Of a DNA stretch of 64,000 bases, positions 59,539 to 64,000 are shown in pieces. This stretch comes from Azolla caroliniana. Taxonomy: Eukaryota; Plantae; Polypodiophyta. The notes under the pieces are model-generated. The model ran no database searches and was not told the DNA's origin. It was given only the letters and a program-made list of their open reading frames with translations. The stretch spans positions 1,178,001 through 1,242,000 of the forward strand of contig JBHGNT010000010.1 of assembly GCA_043228905.1 (NCBI GenBank), in the 5' to 3' direction. The position numbers and the translations under genes are program-made. Position 1 is the first letter of the stretch. Every line of letters begins with the position of its first letter.

Positions 59539-61449
59539 GTGCATCCTTGTAGACGCCTATTTTATCTTCTTAATAGGACCACCTCCACCCCAGACACTTT
59601 TATGTGGCTAGGTAATACAAATACATCTTTCCCCTTCCGCCCACGCCATAAAAAATCCAATAGTAATAGAGTACGAAAAAAGTTTTGGAAACCACTTAGT
59701 GCTACCCTTCGAATAGAAAGTAAAATTCACAATTTATCTAAACACCCCCTTACAAATAATGAAACACAATTGCTAAGCTTAGGACTCAAATACATTCCAC
59801 CATCCTCTCTACCTTCCACTAATACTATCATTAAAGAATTTGCTAGTTTAAGTAGATCTTTACGTTTAAAACATTTCTTTAGAGACATGGACTCACCCCC
59901 CCCTAATCCATTTAAACTACCAAATCCTAACTGGAATCCACCATCTCAATATCCCCCTCTTGAAAATATTATTAAAAAACATGAAACCCTCCTTTTGTCT
60001 AAACTCCAACAACCTAAACCCAAACCCGTTAGGACACCATTTCACCTTCGCACAGCCCTTAAGAGCCTTAGGAAAAACAACCAAATTATCGTTCTTCCGG
60101 CTGATAAGAACATGGGAGTATGTGTTCTAGACAAAGATACCTATTATGAAAAAACAATAAATCACCTCTCGGATACCACCACCTATAGAAAAGTAACCCA
60201 TTTTCCATTAGAAGAACTCTTATATCGCCTAAATAGTATAGTGCAAAAAAATCTAGGGACACTTTCCTTTATCGAAGCTAATTACATACTCCATAAACCT
60301 GTAAAGGGATATCAAGTATCTAATATTTACTTTCTCCCTAAACTCCATAAAACACCCATTAGCTTTAGACCCATCTGTTCTTATAATAACTCGATATTCG
60401 AGCAAACCTCGAAATGGCTACATTTTCAACTATTACCCATCCTAGTACTCCAAAAACAATACCTAAAAGACTCACACTCACTCATCCAGAAACTAGAACA
60501 ACTAACCCCCCCTCCTAACAGTTTCATCTTCTCTTTTGATGTAGAATCCCTTTATCCTAGCATCCCCCCTAAGTTAGGACTCGAAGCACTCCGCCATATC
60601 ATCTCTCCCCATTTTTCCTTAGCCAAGGCCAATCTTAGAGTATCACTAGAGTATCACTATCTAACCTTTGATAACCAAGTATACCAACAAATCAAAGGAA
60701 CGGCCATGGGTAGCAACTTCTCAGTTGTCTATGCATGCCTTTTCTTATCACACCTAGAAAACTCACAAACCACACCCCATCTCTTCTATTTTACTAGGTA
60801 CATAGATGATGCATTCGGGATTTGGACAAGTACGAAACCCCAACTCTTAGACTACCTCAGTTTCTATAGCCTTATGACCAATAACTCTATTAAACTTACG
60901 ATCCATACATCCCCCACTAGGCTCCCTTTCTTGGATATTTGGATCAATCTAGAGAACTCTAAGTTCTCTTTCAATTGTTTCCAAAAAGCATTAAATTCTT
61001 ATCAATATCTTCCCTTCTCCTCAGACCATCCTATACACGTCAAACAAAATTTTATTGCGAACGAATTAAAACGCTACCTAGTTAGAGAAAGCACACCTAT
61101 AGGGTACCTAGAAATGAAAAAACGTTTCTTCCTTAGACTCATTAGCCGAGGTTACCCACCAAATTTCATCCTTAAAGCCTTTAATAAACATCCTTTCTCC
61201 CTTAGGAATACTCTCATCCATAAGCATAAAAACAAATCTTCCCTTACACCTACCATATTCAAGCTTAGGTACTCTAAAAACTCCCCTAAATTAGGTATCC
61301 ACTCATTCTTAAAAGACTTACACACCGACCTTAGCCTAGATCCCCAACTAAAAAACATTCCTAAGCCTTTCATATGTTGGACCAAGTCCAAATCACTCTA
61401 TTCTTATCTAATCAAAACTAAATATATTAGATCCCCAAATCCCCATTAA
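59539..61449 (+). CDS. Penelope-type reverse transcriptase without GIY-YIG endonuclease
   Basis: NLS..L...LLSLGLKY, ADKNMG, FLPKLHK, RPICS, FDVESLYPSIP, QIKGTAMGS, RYIDD, LPFLDI, SDHP, RGYP. Frame is open from 59479. No GIY/YIG motif. Confidence 0.92.
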   Translation: MHPCRRLFYLLNRTTSTPDTFMWLGNTNTSFPFRPRHKKSNSNRVRKKFWKPLSATLRIESKIHNLSKHPLTNNETQLLSLGLKYIPPSSLPSTNTIIKEFASLSRSLRLKHFFRDMDSPPPNPFKLPNPNWNPPSQYPPLENIIKKHETLLLSKLQQPKPKPVRTPFHLRTALKSLRKNNQIIVLPADKNMGVCVLDKDTYYEKTINHLSDTTTYRKVTHFPLEELLYRLNSIVQKNLGTLSFIEANYILHKPVKGYQVSNIYFLPKLHKTPISFRPICSYNNSIFEQTSKWLHFQLLPILVLQKQYLKDSHSLIQKLEQLTPPPNSFIFSFDVESLYPSIPPKLGLEALRHIISPHFSLAKANLRVSLEYHYLTFDNQVYQQIKGTAMGSNFSVVYACLFLSHLENSQTTPHLFYFTRYIDDAFGIWTSTKPQLLDYLSFYSLMTNNSIKLTIHTSPTRLPFLDIWINLENSKFSFNCFQKALNSYQYLPFSSDHPIHVKQNFIANELKRYLVRESTPIGYLEMKKRFFLRLISRGYPPNFILKAFNKHPFSLRNTLIHKHKNKSSLTPTIFKLRYSKNSPKLGIHSFLKDLHTDLSLDPQLKNIPKPFICWTKSKSLYSYLIKTKYIRSPNPH

Positions 61450-61675
61450 AACATCACACTTACTATTGCTATCATTCTACTAGAACTAAATATAATAGAT
61501 CCCCAAATCATCCCTTACCATCAAACTCATTAAGCTATCCCTCTCTACATTCACTACCTCCCTAACTCCCACATCCTCCTTTATACACATTCAAATCCCC
61601 TCTCATCCATCCCCACCACTCCCCTTCACTCTTCTTGCATCTTCCCCTATATAAGCCTCTCACATTTTTGTATAT

Positions 61676-61728
61676 GGTCTTTAGCACTGATGAGCTCATA
61701 TAGAGCGAAACATGTTTGCCAAAAGACC
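61676..61728 (+). ncRNA. Type I minimal hammerhead ribozyme
   Basis: Stem I GGTCTTT-GCA / TGC-AAAGACC, core CTGATGA 61687-61693, stem II GCTC-ATATA-GAGC, GAAA 61707-61710, palindromic stem III ACATGT, cleavage triplet GUU ending 61716. Confidence 0.9.
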
Positions 61729-64000
61729 TTTTCTTACATAAATTGAAATTTGAATTCTCTCTCTCCCTCTTCTCCTCCCCTACTACTCTCTTTTATACTA
61801 ATCTTTAGTTACCATACTATTTACCCTAACTATCCAACCGCCGAAGGTTATACGCTCGCACTCCTTGCTTAGGCCATACGGCCCACAAGTACTAAAGACT
61901 CGAACCGTCGAGTGCCCCGTATTCGAATCGGTGGTTTATGGTGCCGAAGAAGAACGGCACGTTGTGCTTCATTCAGAACCTGCAACCGGTCAACAAGGTG
62001 ACCATCCGTAATGCAGGAATCGGGCTGACCATAGACGAGTTCGCGGAGGCCTTCGCTGGAAGGTCGATCTATTCTGTCGGTGATCTGTACTCGGGGTATG
62101 ATCAGTTCCAAGTAGCCGTGGAAAGCAGAGACATTACGACGATGCGGACTCCTCTCGGCCTAGTGCGGATGTGTACCCTGCCACAAGGAGGGACGAACTC
62201 TGTGGCTCACATGCTGAACGCGATGAACAAAGTGCTCAGGGATTGTATCCCGGACATCACCATGCCATTCTTAGACGACATCCCGATTAGGGGATGCTCG
62301 GTGCAGGAAAAGGATGAGGCAATCAGGCCGGACGGATGTCGGAATTTCGTGGCGTCCCACATCGATGATTGCGAGAAGGTGTTGTAGAGATTAGAAGAGG
62401 CGAGGCTCACCTTCTCCGGGGAAAAGTCGGCCTTTGGGCAATCAGAGATCATGGTCGTCGGGCACCTATGCGGACCATACGGTCGGAAATCGTCTCCGGC
62501 CAAGGTGGAAGCCATCTCCGCGATGAAGCATGACTGCAATTCGGTCACGGAGGTCCGCTGATTCTTGGGAGCATGCACGTTCTACCACATCTGGATCTCA
62601 CACTACGCACATGTCGCGGAACCCCTCTACAGACTATTGAAAAAGGGGTGTAGCTTTGAGTGGAGGACGGAGCACACGGAGTCGGTACGGAGACTAAAGG
62701 AGGCACTTACGGTAGCGCCGGCTCTCCGTAAAGCGGTTTACGGCAAGGATGCTCCCATCTGCGTGACGGTGGACACCAGCCCGACCGGGATCGGGTGGGT
62801 AATCAGTCAGGAGGACAAGGATGGCGTACGATTCCCAATCCAGTTCAGGGCGAAGGTATTGAGCGAACAGCAGCGAGGATACGCCCAAGTTAAGCGTGAG
62901 CTTTGGGGTGTCGTTTCGGCAGTCAAGGCCGACAAGGATTATCTGATCGGGACGGAGGTGATCATTGAGACAGACTGTCTGCTGATGCTCGGCATGGTTT
63001 CCGGATGCGCGACGCTGGACCTAACAATGCTCTGGTGGATAGTGTACATTAAGTCCCTAAACCCGGAGATACGGCACATCTCCGGAAAGGACAACGCCAT
63101 GGCCGACATGCTTTCGAGAGCAAGGTTCAACGACGAAGGCGATATGGTTTTGGATGACGAAGAAGTCGGCGAGGACTTCTTCGGGTCGGCTAACGTAACG
63201 ACGAGAAAAGGGCGGCGCATAACGAATTTGACGAAATCAGGTACGACGAGGAGTGGCTCCATATCGGGAGGTTCCTACGGACGATGACGCCGGATGCAGC
63301 ATGGGCGAGAGGGGAGGAAAGCCGGGTACGGAAGAAGGCGTATCGATTCTTCCTACGGGACGGGTGCATATGGAGGCACCCAAAGAAGAGAAGTGGCGTC
63401 CCACACTGAGTAGTGGCAAAGAAAGAAGAACAGGGGAAACTACTGGCGGCATTTCACGAGAGCCCTTGGGCCGGACACCGCGGGACATGGGCCACGTTCG
63501 AGAAGCTGAAGGAGAAGTATTGGTGGTCGGGGCTGTACCAGGACGTGCATCGGTTCGTAACGGCTTGCACGGGAAGACTTAACGAACCAGGTGGAAGGCC
63601 GTGCACTGCAAATCAAGACAACCGCGGCGGTATGCCAGTTCCTAATCGAGGAAGTAGTGTGTCGGTACGGGTGCGTCGGGAGGATCGTGGCGGACCGGGG
63701 AGAGTTGGATGCACGAGAAGTTGAGGAGTTGTTCGACCGGCTAGGCGTCAAACTCTCCCTCACTATGGCGTACAATCCGGAGGCAAATGGAAAGGTGGAA
63801 CGAGGGCACAGGCCGATCGTAAAGGCGTTGGTGCATGCATGCGGCAGGCAGGTCGGGAATTGGCCGCGACTCCTTCCTTACGCACTATGGGCGGACCGAA
63901 CTACGCACGGTTCGGTGACAAGGTTTATACCGGCGGAGGTGATGTACGGACCGAAGCCGATCATGTTGATGGAACAGACGGTTTCTTCATGGGCGGCGGT

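Larger units (their letters stand above)
58263..61897 (+). mobile_element. Penelope-like retroelement, endonuclease-less type
   Basis: C/A-rich island interrupting T3 RT between LKQKVE and LEPSSAPYSNRW; PLE RT ORF, hammerhead motif, degenerate CCCTAAA at the 5' end. Confidence 0.88.
52240..64000 (+). mobile_element. tRNA-Trp-primed Ty3/gypsy T3 with gag-pol (decayed), runs off the window end
   Basis: 5' LTR 52240-53959 (split by a solo LTR), PBS 53964-53980, gag from 54032 with CMWCDAIGHVRKDC, PR ALVDHGSEIN, RT (VPKKNG, DLYSGYDQF, LPQGGTNS, PFLDDIP), RNase H (VDTSPTG), integrase 63400-64000. Confidence 0.9.

Overview
The window has no recognisable host gene. It is a deeply nested retroelement stack from a plant with TTTAGGG telomeres; the element types suggest a seed-free land plant, which is an inference. 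The oldest layer is a decayed chromovirus-type Ty3/gypsy (gag-PR ~1068-2648, integrase-chromodomain ~30080-31599, RT/RNase H deleted). Nested in it are: (i) a young Ty1/copia family with tRNA-iMet PBS, including two complete copies with 5-bp TSDs (4638-10048 +, 38221-43605 -), one split copy and two related solo LTRs; (ii) fragments of a second copia lineage; (iii) two non-chromoviral gypsy elements (13895-30079 -, 31827-51523 -) with an extra coiled-coil 3' ORF; (iv) a tRNA-Trp-primed gypsy group with 4-bp TSDs, comprising one pol-bearing element, two Gag-only elements and a solo LTR; (v) an endonuclease-less Penelope-like element (~58263-61897) with a hammerhead ribozyme. The most unusual signal is in both group (iii) elements: they lack a polypurine tract and carry a tRNA-Arg-3'-end-like sequence ending in CCA at that position, giving inward-facing primer-binding sites at both LTRs. 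Other notable signals are CpG-centred targets of the Trp group, tRNA-like A/B boxes in both LTRs of a Gag-only element, and short telomere-repeat insertions, one flanked by a 14-bp duplication. Coordinates were read by eye; family and tRNA assignments rest on remembered motifs, not database searches.
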